A stretch of 64,000 nucleotides of DNA from positions 1 to 64,000 of the forward strand of contig JBEKDT010000009.1 in NCBI GenBank assembly GCA_050014195.1, written 5' to 3'. The stretch comes from Desulfomonilia bacterium. GTDB taxonomy: Bacteria; Desulfobacterota; Desulfomonilia; UBA1062. This document shows positions 1 to 9,271 of the stretch, in pieces. Positions within the stretch are counted from its first letter, which is position 1; the number at the start of each line of letters is the position of its first letter. The notes below the pieces were generated by a model. It did no database searches. It was not told the DNA's origin and worked only from the letters and a program-made list of their open reading frames with translations. Position numbers and translations under genes: made by a program.

Positions 1-123
1 AGTCGTTGTGCATAGTGCTCTCCGCCAGTAGCGAATCTGTTTCCTGAGGAGCTGGATGCGGGAAATCCGCACGTCCAGATCTGTAGAGGGGCCGGGGGAG
101 GTAACTTCCCTGGTCTACTCGAC
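1..123 (+). mobile_element. 3' end of a canonical group II intron (end of probable intron-encoded ORF, domain V, domain VI)
   Basis: DV GAGCTGGATGCGGGAAATCCGCACGTCCAGATC (49-81; AGC triad, GAAA loop, AC bulge). DVI hairpin with bulged A ends ...CTACTCGAC at 123. Frame 2-31 reads VVVHSALRQ*, like a maturase C-terminus. Confidence 0.9.
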
Positions 124-290
124 CACGTTCTATATAAATTAACCAAGCCACAGCTTTTACAGCAATTATAGAGCTTTGGGCATTTTTTGCACGAGACATT
201 CCCAGAAAGGACTGGACTTCCTGAGCGAGCAGAGTGTTGGTGTCCATACGAGCAGCAATAAAGCCATTCTATAACGGAAGGAGACCAGTC

Positions 291-596
291 ATGGAACAGA
301 CCAAGAACAAGAAGAAAGATTTAAAGCGGAGTAAACCCACCAATAAGCGGCATGCTGATTCAGAGAAGAAAAGTCTCGATGCAAAAAGCAGGATGCGAGG
401 AGAGTCCAAGCAGGCGACGCTGATTAAGTTGCTGGCGCGTTCCGGCGGTGCCACTATCGATGAAATGGCCAAGGCGACCGGCTGGCAACGGCATAGTATC
501 CGCGGAATGATGTCCGGCGTATTGAAAAAGCGGCTGGGACTCTCCATCGCTTCTGAAAAAGAAGAGCGTGGGCGAATTTATCGCATTGCCGCCTGA
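291..596 (+). CDS. DUF3489-family small DNA-binding protein
   Basis: SKQATLIKLLARSGGATIDEMAKATGWQRHSIRG motif; GGAG RBS before ATG 291; typical partner of DUF2924 and recombinase. Confidence 0.85.
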   Translation: MEQTKNKKKDLKRSKPTNKRHADSEKKSLDAKSRMRGESKQATLIKLLARSGGATIDEMAKATGWQRHSIRGMMSGVLKKRLGLSIASEKEERGRIYRIAA

Positions 597-601
597 ACCA
601 T

Positions 602-1057
602 ATGAAACATCGTTTATTCCTCAATGCAGGGAGGCTTGCCAGTGAACTGGCAGGCCTTCCTGCCCTTGACCACAGAGCCCTCAGAGAAAAATGGCGGATC
701 CTCTATGGCACAGAGCCACCCGGAGGGGTCCGGAATAATTTCCTGATGCATGCCATTGCTCACCGTATGCAGGAACAGGCATCCGGAGGACTGGATCCTG
801 CAACCCGCCGGTTTCTGGAAAAGACTGCGGAAGACAATACATCCGGGCGGCAGACAGTGCGTATTATCAGTACCAAACCCGGAACCCGGCTGTTACGTGA
901 GTGGCATGGAGTGACTTACGAGGTGATCATACAGGAGGATGGCGTGCAGTGTAACGGCATATGCTACCGCTCGCTCTCCGAAGTGGCGCGCGCCATCACC
1001 GGCACACGGTGGTCCGGTCCTCTGTTCTTCGGGCTGAAGAAGAAGGAGGCTTCATGA
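602..1057 (+). CDS. DUF2924-family protein
   Basis: PGTRLLREWHGVTYEV...YRSLSEVARAITGTRWSGPLFFGL signature. Confidence 0.9.
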   Translation: MKHRLFLNAGRLASELAGLPALDHRALREKWRILYGTEPPGGVRNNFLMHAIAHRMQEQASGGLDPATRRFLEKTAEDNTSGRQTVRIISTKPGTRLLREWHGVTYEVIIQEDGVQCNGICYRSLSEVARAITGTRWSGPLFFGLKKKEAS

Positions 1058-2688
1058 ACACCAAGCCAACACTTCGCTGCGCTATCTATACCCGCAAATC
1101 TTCAGAAGAGGGACTTGATCAGGACTTCAATTCCCTGCATGCGCAACGGGAAGCGTGTGAGGCGTATATAGCCAGCCAGAAGCATGAGGGCTGGCGAGCT
1201 GTGAAGACGCACTATGACGATGGTGGATTCAGCGGCGGCACTATGGAGCGCCCGGCATTGAAACGAGTGCTGGAAGATATAGAGAGCGGGAAAGTAAACA
1301 TAGTGGTCGTGTATAAAGTGGACCGGTTGACCAGATCATTAGCAGACTTCGCCAAGATCATCGAGCGGTTCGATAAGCAAAGTGTTTTTTTTGTCTCGGT
1401 CACCCAGCAGTTCAATACCACGAGTTCAATGGGAAGACTCACCCTGAATGTGCTGCTCTCTTTCGCACAGTTTGAACGGGAAGTTACGAGCGAACGTATC
1501 AGAGACAAGATTGCGGCCTCCAAGAAAAAGGGGATGTGGATGGGCGGGTGTGTACCGCTCGGCTATGACCTCAAGGATCGTAAGCTACTCATCAATGCCA
1601 AGGAAGCCCGCACCCTTCAGTATATATACCGTCGTTACCTGGAGCTTGGATGTGTCCGCCTGCTGAAAGAAGATCTCGACAGACAGGATATACATTCCAA
1701 ACCCCGTGAAGACAAAGGAGGTAGTCCATTTTCACGCGGGTTACTCTATAAGATTCTCTCCAACCCGCTCTATATCGGACAGATACGCCATAAAGGAACA
1801 TGCCATCCAGGTCAGCATGAATCAATCATCGATAAGGAATTATGGAAACAGGTGCAGCAGCACCTAACTAGTAACTCGGTAGAACATAAAACACGTTCAC
1901 GTAATACCATCTCCTGTCCACTAACCAACAAATTGTTCGATGTCTCAGGTGAGCGCCTAGTATCCGCCCACGCCAATAAAAAGGGGAGGCGATACCGCTA
2001 TTATATCTCAGAAAGCCTGAGGGCAGACCCGAGAGATGCTTCACCAAACGGGTGGCGATTACCGGGACAAGAATTTGAGCAGGTGATTAGGCATGCAGCG
2101 TTAGAGATCATCCATGATGATGTTGCCGTTACTACCGCCTTACAGGAATCGGGTATCCCAAGACACCACATTCCATCTGCACTTGTTGCGGCAAAAAAGA
2201 TTCAACCCGATGCTGCAGACTTAATCGACAGATTCATCCAGCGTGTGGACTTACGGCAGGATGGGATACGCCTCACGCTCTCTTTGGTATCGCTTATGTT
2301 ACCAGAGGTGGACTCTAAGGCTATAACCATAGTCCGCGACATCCCAATGCAGATGAAGAGGAGGGGAGTGGAGATGCGGTTGATAATTGGTGGTACCGGA
2401 CCGGCCAGAGTGGACCAGACATTGCTGAAAACCATTGTTCGCGCCCATACATGGTTCAATGAGCTGGTATCCGGACGGGTACACACTATGGCTGAAATCG
2501 CATCACAGGAAGGCGTAGACAAGAGCTATGTTTCGCGGGTGATGAGTCTCGCCTTTCTTGCCCCTGACATTACTGAGAGTATCATAGCGGGGCGTCAGCC
2601 TGCCGATCTCAGTGTTGAAAGACTCACCAAACGGATTGATCTACCCCTGGACTGGACGCAACAGCGTCAGCTTCTTGGCTTTCTTTGA
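1054..2688 (+). CDS. Large serine recombinase (resolvase + recombinase + Zn-ribbon-like domains)
   Basis: RCAIYTRKSS, DDGGFSG...RPAL, VVVYKVDRLTRS motifs; ATG 1054 overlaps the upstream stop (ATGA) after GGAGG. Confidence 0.93.
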   Translation: MNTKPTLRCAIYTRKSSEEGLDQDFNSLHAQREACEAYIASQKHEGWRAVKTHYDDGGFSGGTMERPALKRVLEDIESGKVNIVVVYKVDRLTRSLADFAKIIERFDKQSVFFVSVTQQFNTTSSMGRLTLNVLLSFAQFEREVTSERIRDKIAASKKKGMWMGGCVPLGYDLKDRKLLINAKEARTLQYIYRRYLELGCVRLLKEDLDRQDIHSKPREDKGGSPFSRGLLYKILSNPLYIGQIRHKGTCHPGQHESIIDKELWKQVQQHLTSNSVEHKTRSRNTISCPLTNKLFDVSGERLVSAHANKKGRRYRYYISESLRADPRDASPNGWRLPGQEFEQVIRHAALEIIHDDVAVTTALQESGIPRHHIPSALVAAKKIQPDAADLIDRFIQRVDLRQDGIRLTLSLVSLMLPEVDSKAITIVRDIPMQMKRRGVEMRLIIGGTGPARVDQTLLKTIVRAHTWFNELVSGRVHTMAEIASQEGVDKSYVSRVMSLAFLAPDITESIIAGRQPADLSVERLTKRIDLPLDWTQQRQLLGFL

Positions 2689-2850
2689 TTCCTTAAGTTG
2701 ACCGATAAAATACCGCACAGAGAAAATAACCAATATCGTGGCCTAACCCTGCTTCATGCTGGCCTCTCCGGTCAACACCGCCAACCGAATCACGCCAACA
2801 GCGCCCCTCTGAGCACATATACCGTAGAATCTCTTCTGCAGGAAAAAAAC

Positions 2851-2882
2851 TGGTGGAGGTGGAGGGATTTGAACCCTCGACC
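2851..2882 (-). repeat. att direct repeat (duplicated 3' 32 nt of tRNA-Ala)
   Basis: TGGTGGAGGTGGAGGGATTTGAACCCTCGACC is identical at 2851-2882 and 12381-12412. Confidence 0.95.
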
Positions 2883-3004
2883 ATCAAGGCCTGGCCTTAT
2901 CTTGTGGGTAGGCTACACAGGTTTTACACATATTTGAAGTATGTCTGGTTAGATCTCAGCAGTCAGATAAATAAAGCTACTACAGATAACGTGATCGGCT
3001 ACAG

Positions 3005-4138
3005 CTATTTTATTTCGAGGTGGTGCATCCAATTATCGCTTGATACCACCTCATACCCGGCGTCGGGATACGCTTCTTTCCAATCTTTAGGGGGTTTTGA
3101 TTTTGTCTTTGGTGAGAATTTGCATTCGAATCCGGTAAGATGACCATCAAGGTCTTCCACCAGGTCGATCTCCTTCTGGTCGTATGTCCGCCAAAAGTAA
3201 AAGCCGGTAAAACGGCGGCTATTGTCCGAACACTTGATTCGCTCCATAACGAACCAGTTCTCGAACAGCTCTCCTACATCGCTTCTGAGCGCCAGGTTGT
3301 TAAAGTTTCGTATAAGTGCATTCCTGAGACCTATATCAACAAAGTAGTATCTTGAGGTTTTGGTTACTTCTTTGCGCAGGTTTCGGCTGAAGCCTCGTAT
3401 ATTGCGAAGCACAAACATCTTTTCGAGAATGTCCAGGTATCCTTCAACGGTTTTCTGGCTTATGCCAAGCCCCTTTGCCAGTTCAGAGACTGCCACTTCT
3501 TTGCCGATTTGATGGGCAAGCAGAACGAGCAGGTCCACAACCTTCTTCGGCTTCTTTACTTGTTCGAACTGAAGAAGATCACGATAAAGATAGCTGTTCA
3601 GATACTCATAGAGATACTCTTCCTTGTCCCTGTCGCCCTCCAAGGTATGCACTCTCGGGTACATACCGAAACGGAGCATCTCCTCAAGCGCTGTTGCGGG
3701 AGAAATGGTTTGATATTTTTCAGAAACTTCCTGCCAGGACAACGGGTGCAGATGATAAGTGCGGGAACGTCCGGTTAGGGGCTCGTTAACTTTATCTGCA
3801 AGATCGAATGATGCCGAACCGGATGCAATTATTATTACTTGAAGGTTATCTATAATGAGCTTTAACGTAAGCCCGATATTCTTGATCCGCTGCGCTTCAT
3901 CTATGAAGATGATCCTGGCCCCTCCGATTACCCGCCTCAGATGCTCAAGCTCGTGCTGCGAAAGGAGTGTCTGGGTATATAGGTCATCGCCGGTAAATGA
4001 GATAGCATCCGAATCCCCTTCTATGAGATACTTCACAAGTGTTGTTTTTCCAGATTGCCTGGGGCCATAGATTATGATCACCGCCCTGGGCTTGTCGTAA
4101 GCCTCCCGTATCTGCTGGGTTATAGCTCGCTTGTACAT
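3005..4138 (-). CDS. AAA_14-type ATPase with C-terminal DUF4143 (nuclease-like) domain
   Basis: Walker A GPRQSGKTT, Walker B IFIDEAQ, YYFVDIGLRN, YFWRTYDQKEIDLV..FECK. Confidence 0.9.
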   Translation of the reverse strand: MYKRAITQQIREAYDKPRAVIIIYGPRQSGKTTLVKYLIEGDSDAISFTGDDLYTQTLLSQHELEHLRRVIGGARIIFIDEAQRIKNIGLTLKLIIDNLQVIIIASGSASFDLADKVNEPLTGRSRTYHLHPLSWQEVSEKYQTISPATALEEMLRFGMYPRVHTLEGDRDKEEYLYEYLNSYLYRDLLQFEQVKKPKKVVDLLVLLAHQIGKEVAVSELAKGLGISQKTVEGYLDILEKMFVLRNIRGFSRNLRKEVTKTSRYYFVDIGLRNALIRNFNNLALRSDVGELFENWFVMERIKCSDNSRRFTGFYFWRTYDQKEIDLVEDLDGHLTGFECKFSPKTKSKPPKDWKEAYPDAGYEVVSSDNWMHHLEIK

Positions 4139-4358
4139 AGTACACCATCTATATCAATTATTATAAATTGATGCAACTCAGATATAACCAATTTATAACA
4201 TTTCATGGAACTGAGGTTAATCTATTCACTCTTGATTGTCTTTCATATCCCTGTTCTTTATTCCTTGATGAAACTGGGGCGAAGCCCAGGCGACCCAGCT
4301 GGGCAGGATATTACCCCTGCACTTCCTCATGCTCAATATCCGCTCACGTCGTAAGCAG

Positions 4359-4385
4359 GGGTTCGATTCCCATGCGCTTCCGCCA
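4359..4385 (+). other. 3' fragment of tRNA-Sec (selC-type att remnant)
   Basis: GGGTTCGATTCCCATGCGCTTCCGCCA = T-loop, acceptor 3' strand, G discriminator and CCA, typical of tRNA-Sec; no matching 5' GGAAGCG half upstream. Confidence 0.7.
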
Positions 4386-4693
4386 TTTATTGGCTTCATT
4401 ACTGGTTTCTGTACCAGTGTTTCCATACCAAATCCGTACCAAGAAACTCTATTCAGGGAACGGAACTTTGTTCGGCTTTACCATATAGGCCAAGCACAGG
4501 GTTGAGGGTACTCTATATCACTTACTCAGCACAGGTGATCTGCATAGGTAGGATTTGAATCTGTATAATACAGCACCAGGCCTTGATCTACAGGTACCTC
4601 GTTAACAATCCGCGAACGTTATTGTATTACTGAAGATCTTAACATGAGATTTATGATTGAGTTCCTAAAAACAGAACTGATGATTTATCGCGT

Positions 4694-4837
4694 GACTGTC
4701 GAAAAACTCCAGTAAGCTCTAAAACCATCAAATTTTAACCATCAAAACATAAGCCTCAGTCAGAAATCTTTCGTTGTAGGTCATTTTACGAGAACGTTTT
4801 TTTTAGCACTTTTCATGGTTTGATTTTTTCGACAGTC
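4694..4837. mobile_element. MITE / internally deleted IS remnant (13-bp terminal inverted repeats)
   Basis: GACTGTCGAAAAA (4694-4706) and TTTTTCGACAGTC (4825-4837), no ORF between; ends resemble IS1182/IS5-type IRs. Confidence 0.6.
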
Positions 4838-4857
4838 TCCGCAGAAATCTACACATA

Positions 4858-4918
4858 GGTTAACGCCGCTCTTCAGCGGGCTCGGTTTTTTGCGATCCGC
4901 TGAAAGAGCATGTTAGCG
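4858..4918 (-). other. Integron attC site (cassette 3)
   Basis: Minus strand CGCTAAC...imperfect palindrome...GTTAACC; inverse core complements cassette start GTTAGCGG at 5583. Confidence 0.88.
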
Positions 4919-4938
4919 GGTGCGAGTGATGTGTCTGC

Positions 4939-5532
4939 TTAATCAAAAAGCCATTTATTCGGATCAGTGAACATTCTACGGAAGCCGCCAGGTCTTCGCC
5001 TGGAATACTCGGTTATAGTGCTGTCCCAAAGATCACCCGGAGGGCGACACGCATCTCTCCCCAAAGACAACATTATGGCGTCCGAGAGGCAAGCTTCCAG
5101 GATGGTATGCCAATGCGAAGAGTCCATAGCTTCCCCGGTTACTGCCTTACCGTTTGCCAAGAAGCTGTCCGCAACGGAGTCATCTCTTGATCTCCCTGGA
5201 AAAGAAGGAGCAGCAATATTTCCTAGGATACGCTCGAATGAGATTCGTGCGAATCCCTTTGGAGCCAAGACTCGGTCGAAGGCAGCAAGCATAACTCCAA
5301 ATCCCATCTTACTGAGAACATCAGACTTCGGCTGTGTAACATTGTACAACTGACAAGCGACTGCCCACGCCAATGCATGTGGAACCTCATAGACAATGGG
5401 TAGCCCAAGCTCCTTGGAGCGCCTGTTCAAATCATCAAATACGAGAGGCAATTTTCGATTTGCCCGGTCAACTGCTCTGTGGGCCAAAAAATACCAGAAA
5501 GGAGACTCTGATCCGTATTCAAATTTCGCCAT
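4939..5532 (-). CDS. Integron cassette gene, hypothetical protein
   Basis: 197-aa ORF with GAGG RBS, bounded by attC sites. Confidence 0.75.
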   Translation of the reverse strand: MAKFEYGSESPFWYFLAHRAVDRANRKLPLVFDDLNRRSKELGLPIVYEVPHALAWAVACQLYNVTQPKSDVLSKMGFGVMLAAFDRVLAPKGFARISFERILGNIAAPSFPGRSRDDSVADSFLANGKAVTGEAMDSSHWHTILEACLSDAIMLSLGRDACRPPGDLWDSTITEYSRRRPGGFRRMFTDPNKWLFD

Positions 5533-5576
5533 TTTGAATCCTCATTTGCCGGATTGGTAATTAGTATGTGCTATAC

Positions 5577-5642
5577 CGCTAACGTGCGGATCAGCCGGAG
5601 CAAGGCGCGAGCCTTGCGATCGGCTGTATTAGCTGGTTGTGC
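5577..5642 (-). other. Integron attC site (cassette 2)
   Basis: Minus strand GCACAAC...CAGCCGATCGCAAGGCTCGCGCCTTGCTCCGGCTGA...GTTAGCG. Confidence 0.88.
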
Positions 5643-5644
5643 AT

Positions 5645-5923
5645 TTACTGACCTTTCTTGATAATTTTTTGGATGTATTTCTTTTTAAAAGAAAGCTCTT
5701 TGTTGACAAGCTCAAGTATATCCCCGCGGGTCAGCGGCATTTGGGAATCATAATCGAAAATTGTTTCGGCAATGCCAACAACCTCAGCATCTGTGACAGA
5801 TTTCACAATGACTTTTACCAAGTATCTAAATATATCTATCAATTTAAGATGGACTATGTCACCTCGATCAATTTCCTGCAAATCTTTCCATTTTGGATTC
5901 TCTTCCCAGCTATGATTTTTCAT
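5645..5923 (-). CDS. Integron cassette gene, small hypothetical protein
   Basis: 92-aa ORF exactly filling the space between two attC sites; AGGAG RBS. Confidence 0.75.
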   Translation of the reverse strand: MKNHSWEENPKWKDLQEIDRGDIVHLKLIDIFRYLVKVIVKSVTDAEVVGIAETIFDYDSQMPLTRGDILELVNKELSFKKKYIQKIIKKGQ

Positions 5924-5934
5924 CTCATCTCCTT

Positions 5935-5991
5935 GCCCAACGTAAGGATCACCGGCGGCTGAAAGCTGTCCGGTGGATTCTTTTGTTCGGC
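5935..5991 (-). other. Integron attC site (cassette 1)
   Basis: Minus strand GCCGAAC...CACCGGACAGCTTTCAGCCGCCGGTG...GTTGGGC; AGCCGAAC complements cassette start GTTCGGCT at 6745. Confidence 0.9.
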
Positions 5992-6726
5992 TTATGAATA
6001 ATTTTCTCGGATCTTTGTTAATGTTCGAGATAAATCTTCAAAATGATCAATTGAAATTGTTGTTTCAAAAAAATTATGTATCCTGAATGATGCATCAATG
6101 AGGAAGCCAGCAATTGAATCAAGGGTTGGTAAGAAACTTGTTATAGGCTCATCCTTGTAATATACGACTTTAAAATCATCGCCAGATACTTCAAGATGCC
6201 TGTCTACGAGAGCACCGATATTACTATGAGTGTCGTTGCTTAAGAAATTGTATATTGAACGATATTCATCTATCATTCCAGCTCTCTTAAATCTCTGAAA
6301 TATATTTAGAGGCTTATAACCCTTGTCTATTAGCTCTTTTAATGCAGTTTCATGTACTGCAATCTGAGCATCAAGTCCTTCAAATTCTGAAAAATCTTTT
6401 AAAAAAGGATTGGGGGTATTCTTTGCTTCATTTAAAAGTTTAAGCCATTGTTCATGATAACTGGCATCCATATGATACCCATAGTTAGCATTTTCATGAA
6501 GGTTTCTCAGTTCAATATACGCTTCAAAAAATGATCTAAATATTGGAGCAATTCCTGTTCTTAACTTGCTTTCTATAAGCTTAAGAATGCAACCTGTAAA
6601 TTCTATCAGAGTTCCATATAAGCCTACTAGGTGGAGGTGTCTTGGGTGGGTCTTATCGAATGTAATATGATTTGTGTGGTTAATACATTCTTCATGTAAC
6701 CGTTTAACAAACACCAATATTTCCAT
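5992..6726 (-). CDS. Integron cassette gene, DUF5677-like helical protein
   Basis: 244 aa, AT-rich; RSFFEAYI and YRSIYNFLSNDTHSN motifs resemble DUF5677/HEPN-like proteins. Confidence 0.65.
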   Translation of the reverse strand: MEILVFVKRLHEECINHTNHITFDKTHPRHLHLVGLYGTLIEFTGCILKLIESKLRTGIAPIFRSFFEAYIELRNLHENANYGYHMDASYHEQWLKLLNEAKNTPNPFLKDFSEFEGLDAQIAVHETALKELIDKGYKPLNIFQRFKRAGMIDEYRSIYNFLSNDTHSNIGALVDRHLEVSGDDFKVVYYKDEPITSFLPTLDSIAGFLIDASFRIHNFFETTISIDHFEDLSRTLTKIRENYS

Positions 6727-6738
6727 TAGATCTCCTTA

Positions 6739-6814
6739 GCCGAACAATAATTATACGGCATTTTTGCCGTATATCTACATTATTAACCGAAGCATTTTTG
6801 CCGTATATCCAGAT
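6739..6814 (-). other. attI-like recombination site heading the cassette array
   Basis: Minus strand GTT core at 6745 preceded by palindrome TATACGGCA-N4-TGCCGTATA; 18-bp direct repeat at 6758-6775 and 6792-6809. Confidence 0.7.
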
Positions 6815-7016
6815 TTTTTGTGCATGACAATAGGATGTAAATATAACGTGCCAAAGGTCACGGTCTGATATGAAGTGTCTTGCTGTGTATGTTTCATCCC
6901 AAGACGATCGTTTTTTATGCATCTCAAAACCGAGAAGAAATCGCAGTTATCTCTGCTTTATTTAAGATGTGCTTATGGCTATATTGACCTGAACTATTGT
7001 GTAAAGGGAGGAGGGT

Positions 7017-7328
7017 ATGGATATAGTTTTCATGATAGCAGTAATTTTTTGTTTAATAGCGATAAGCATTATACTTTATCAGTTATCAGGTGGATTAAAA
7101 GAGTTAATAAGATTAATGAAAGAAACTAATATGTATATACATGGTGATTCTCTTTTCCCGTCAGAAAAAGGCCTTCAGGATTTGGTAATAGAAAAAGGTC
7201 ATGCAATTAAATACGAATTGGAACTACTCCGGTATGCTGTTTATGGAGAAGGAATCCCGAGAGAACATGGAGTAAATATTCTAGAGATACTTGGAGATAT
7301 AAAGGCTGAAATCGTGAGGCGGGGTTAG
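7017..7328 (+). CDS. Hypothetical membrane-anchored protein
   Basis: N-terminal hydrophobic helix, purine-rich RBS, GC hairpin plus T-run at the stop. Confidence 0.6.
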   Translation: MDIVFMIAVIFCLIAISIILYQLSGGLKELIRLMKETNMYIHGDSLFPSEKGLQDLVIEKGHAIKYELELLRYAVYGEGIPREHGVNILEILGDIKAEIVRRG

Positions 7329-7421
7329 ATACCTGCCCTTTTTATTGATCCAACCACGGTCATTCTATACGGTCTTCTTGGGCTTTTTAGGGGGCTATAT
7401 TTTATTTCAAGTGAAGATTTA

Positions 7422-8309
7422 TCACTTTTTAGTTCCCTTGCTGACCTCTGTAATTACCAGACTACGCTTCACGATCTGCTCCTGAGTCTGGAACAGGTCG
7501 CAAAACGGAATGGGGATCGTAAACACATCATCTTTTTTGAAATCCCATAAAGTATACTCTTTGGCTAACTCTCCCGGGGGGTCAGCGCTTAATGCTTCCA
7601 TCCCGATGAGTACAATATTCCTGTCTGACAATCCGTTCCTTGCCAGATCCATTTTCACGTCCTTGAAACTGATGGCACAGAACGATCTGATGTAAATAAG
7701 GATAAGGTCTCCGTATGAACGTAGTCTGGAGACATCAAGATTACTGATCCGAAAGTCTTTTGGATGCAGAATGGCCTTCTGGAAGTCGTCGTACTGGAAG
7801 TACTCCTTCACCTGGATTAAGAATGCCAAACTCGACTTACCTGCAATGGCTCTAAAACTGTACTTCCCATCGGAAATTAAGGGTGCGTCTTGCGTTATGA
7901 AGACTGCTGTGTCGACGCCAGTGTCGCTTTCTGGGTAGCCAATTAACATTCTCTTACCCCTGATCTTGAAGCCATTGTACTCAACCAAGCGATCAAGGTA
8001 CCCGGCGTAAATCATAGTGACAAACAACTCGCGAAGTCGTTTACCGTCGATGTCCGAACTACTGTTGAGGGGTATTCTGTCGCTTTGCTTGAATTCAAAT
8101 ACCGGGTTTACAGAAAGGTCCTTGGCTGTCATTGGGATTGCCATGCCAGCATAATTCCTATATCGGTAGTTGAGCGCCGCGCGAATGAGCGCGCAATACC
8201 CCTGTGCCGGCTTCTCCTGACCGACTATGAAGTTACAATACGGTTTGAACATCAGTCGGGTGAGGCTATGACTTAAGTCTTGAAGGCGCCCGTGGTATAT
8301 CCTCTCCAA
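7422..8309 (-). CDS. Hypothetical protein (possible PD-(D/E)xK-like; DTGVDTAV...IQVKE)
   Basis: 295-aa ORF; true start uncertain; family call is weak. Confidence 0.55.
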   Translation of the reverse strand: MERIYHGRLQDLSHSLTRLMFKPYCNFIVGQEKPAQGYCALIRAALNYRYRNYAGMAIPMTAKDLSVNPVFEFKQSDRIPLNSSSDIDGKRLRELFVTMIYAGYLDRLVEYNGFKIRGKRMLIGYPESDTGVDTAVFITQDAPLISDGKYSFRAIAGKSSLAFLIQVKEYFQYDDFQKAILHPKDFRISNLDVSRLRSYGDLILIYIRSFCAISFKDVKMDLARNGLSDRNIVLIGMEALSADPPGELAKEYTLWDFKKDDVFTIPIPFCDLFQTQEQIVKRSLVITEVSKGTKK

Positions 8310-9271
8310 TTGTCACCTAGTGATCATTTTTGCTGCGAATAATTGATATACTACGCTTTTCGTACATCTAATTATTCGAAGTATAATTGCAGTATATTCT
8401 GATATTATGTGTAAGGCAATATGCTGTTAAAATGCTTAGACCATAGATCTCGGTGCCATCAGCAACGCTTCACCAATATTGAAGGTTTCTTTCGAAGATC
8501 TCTACTAGAGGATCAGAATCCACAATTTAGATCTATAATATATGCTGACTACAATATGGATACAATTGCTTATATGTTACTTATACTACATTTTATATTT
8601 TAAAACACAGGTTTTTCAATCCATTGATCTTATAGGCTAAATTGAGCAACCGCGAAATCCATTATGGGACTTGGTTTAAAACGGTGTACTCGGGATAAGA
8701 ACGTATTTTCTTCACAAGAAAAACTGATGAAATCGGTGATCAAAAAAGAATACCCCCTTGACTTCAGCGATTATGGTGAATATATTTTATTCAACACACT
8801 ACTCCACATACATTTTATGTACTGTGGTTTACCGGCCTTCGAGCCGTTCACGTGACGCCTCTTCGTGATGGCGTAGCGAGATGTTGGATGAAGATCTTGT
8901 ATTTGATTCTCATTTGAGATCGGATAACAAGACCATAGGGTTTTAACCCGCCTGAATGATTTCGAATGAATACGTATGTCTACGTGATAAGACAATTGAT
9001 GAGGGTATATCATCAATTATTGTGTCTGGATTAGTCCGTATCAATATTATCATTATCACAAATGATAAGAAAACCTGTTAAATGCCGGTAACTTTCACCT
9101 GTTAACAATCCATTCCTACCAATCATCGGTTCCGTAATAGATCGATGTATCCATATATTGCCGTAGATGAAAGAAAAAGACGCTGCTCCATCATGCCGGT
9201 AAGCCACTGGCAGAGGTGGGGTCACCTGTCGCCTATGTCCGCCAGCCACGGCCATGTAGACAGGTGGGGTG

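Noticed and set aside
961-1053. N-terminal extension of the serine recombinase in the ORF track
   Set aside because: Overlaps DUF2924; the RBS and ATGA coupling point to a start at 1054.
2851-2940. Second tRNA or tmRNA gene
   Set aside because: Only the 3' 32 nt match tRNA-Ala, with no complementary 5' acceptor strand nearby; it is an att duplication.
4270-4385. Complete tRNA-Sec gene
   Set aside because: No 5' GGAAGCG strand or TCA anticodon arm; upstream hairpins do not form a cloverleaf.
6752-6809. CRISPR mini-array
   Set aside because: Only two 18-bp repeats with a 16-nt gap and no cas genes; better explained as attI-associated repeats.
8421-9255. Short ORFs upstream of the ribozyme
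   Set aside because: 60-81 aa, no RBS or motif support; probably AT-rich promoter or origin-like non-coding DNA.
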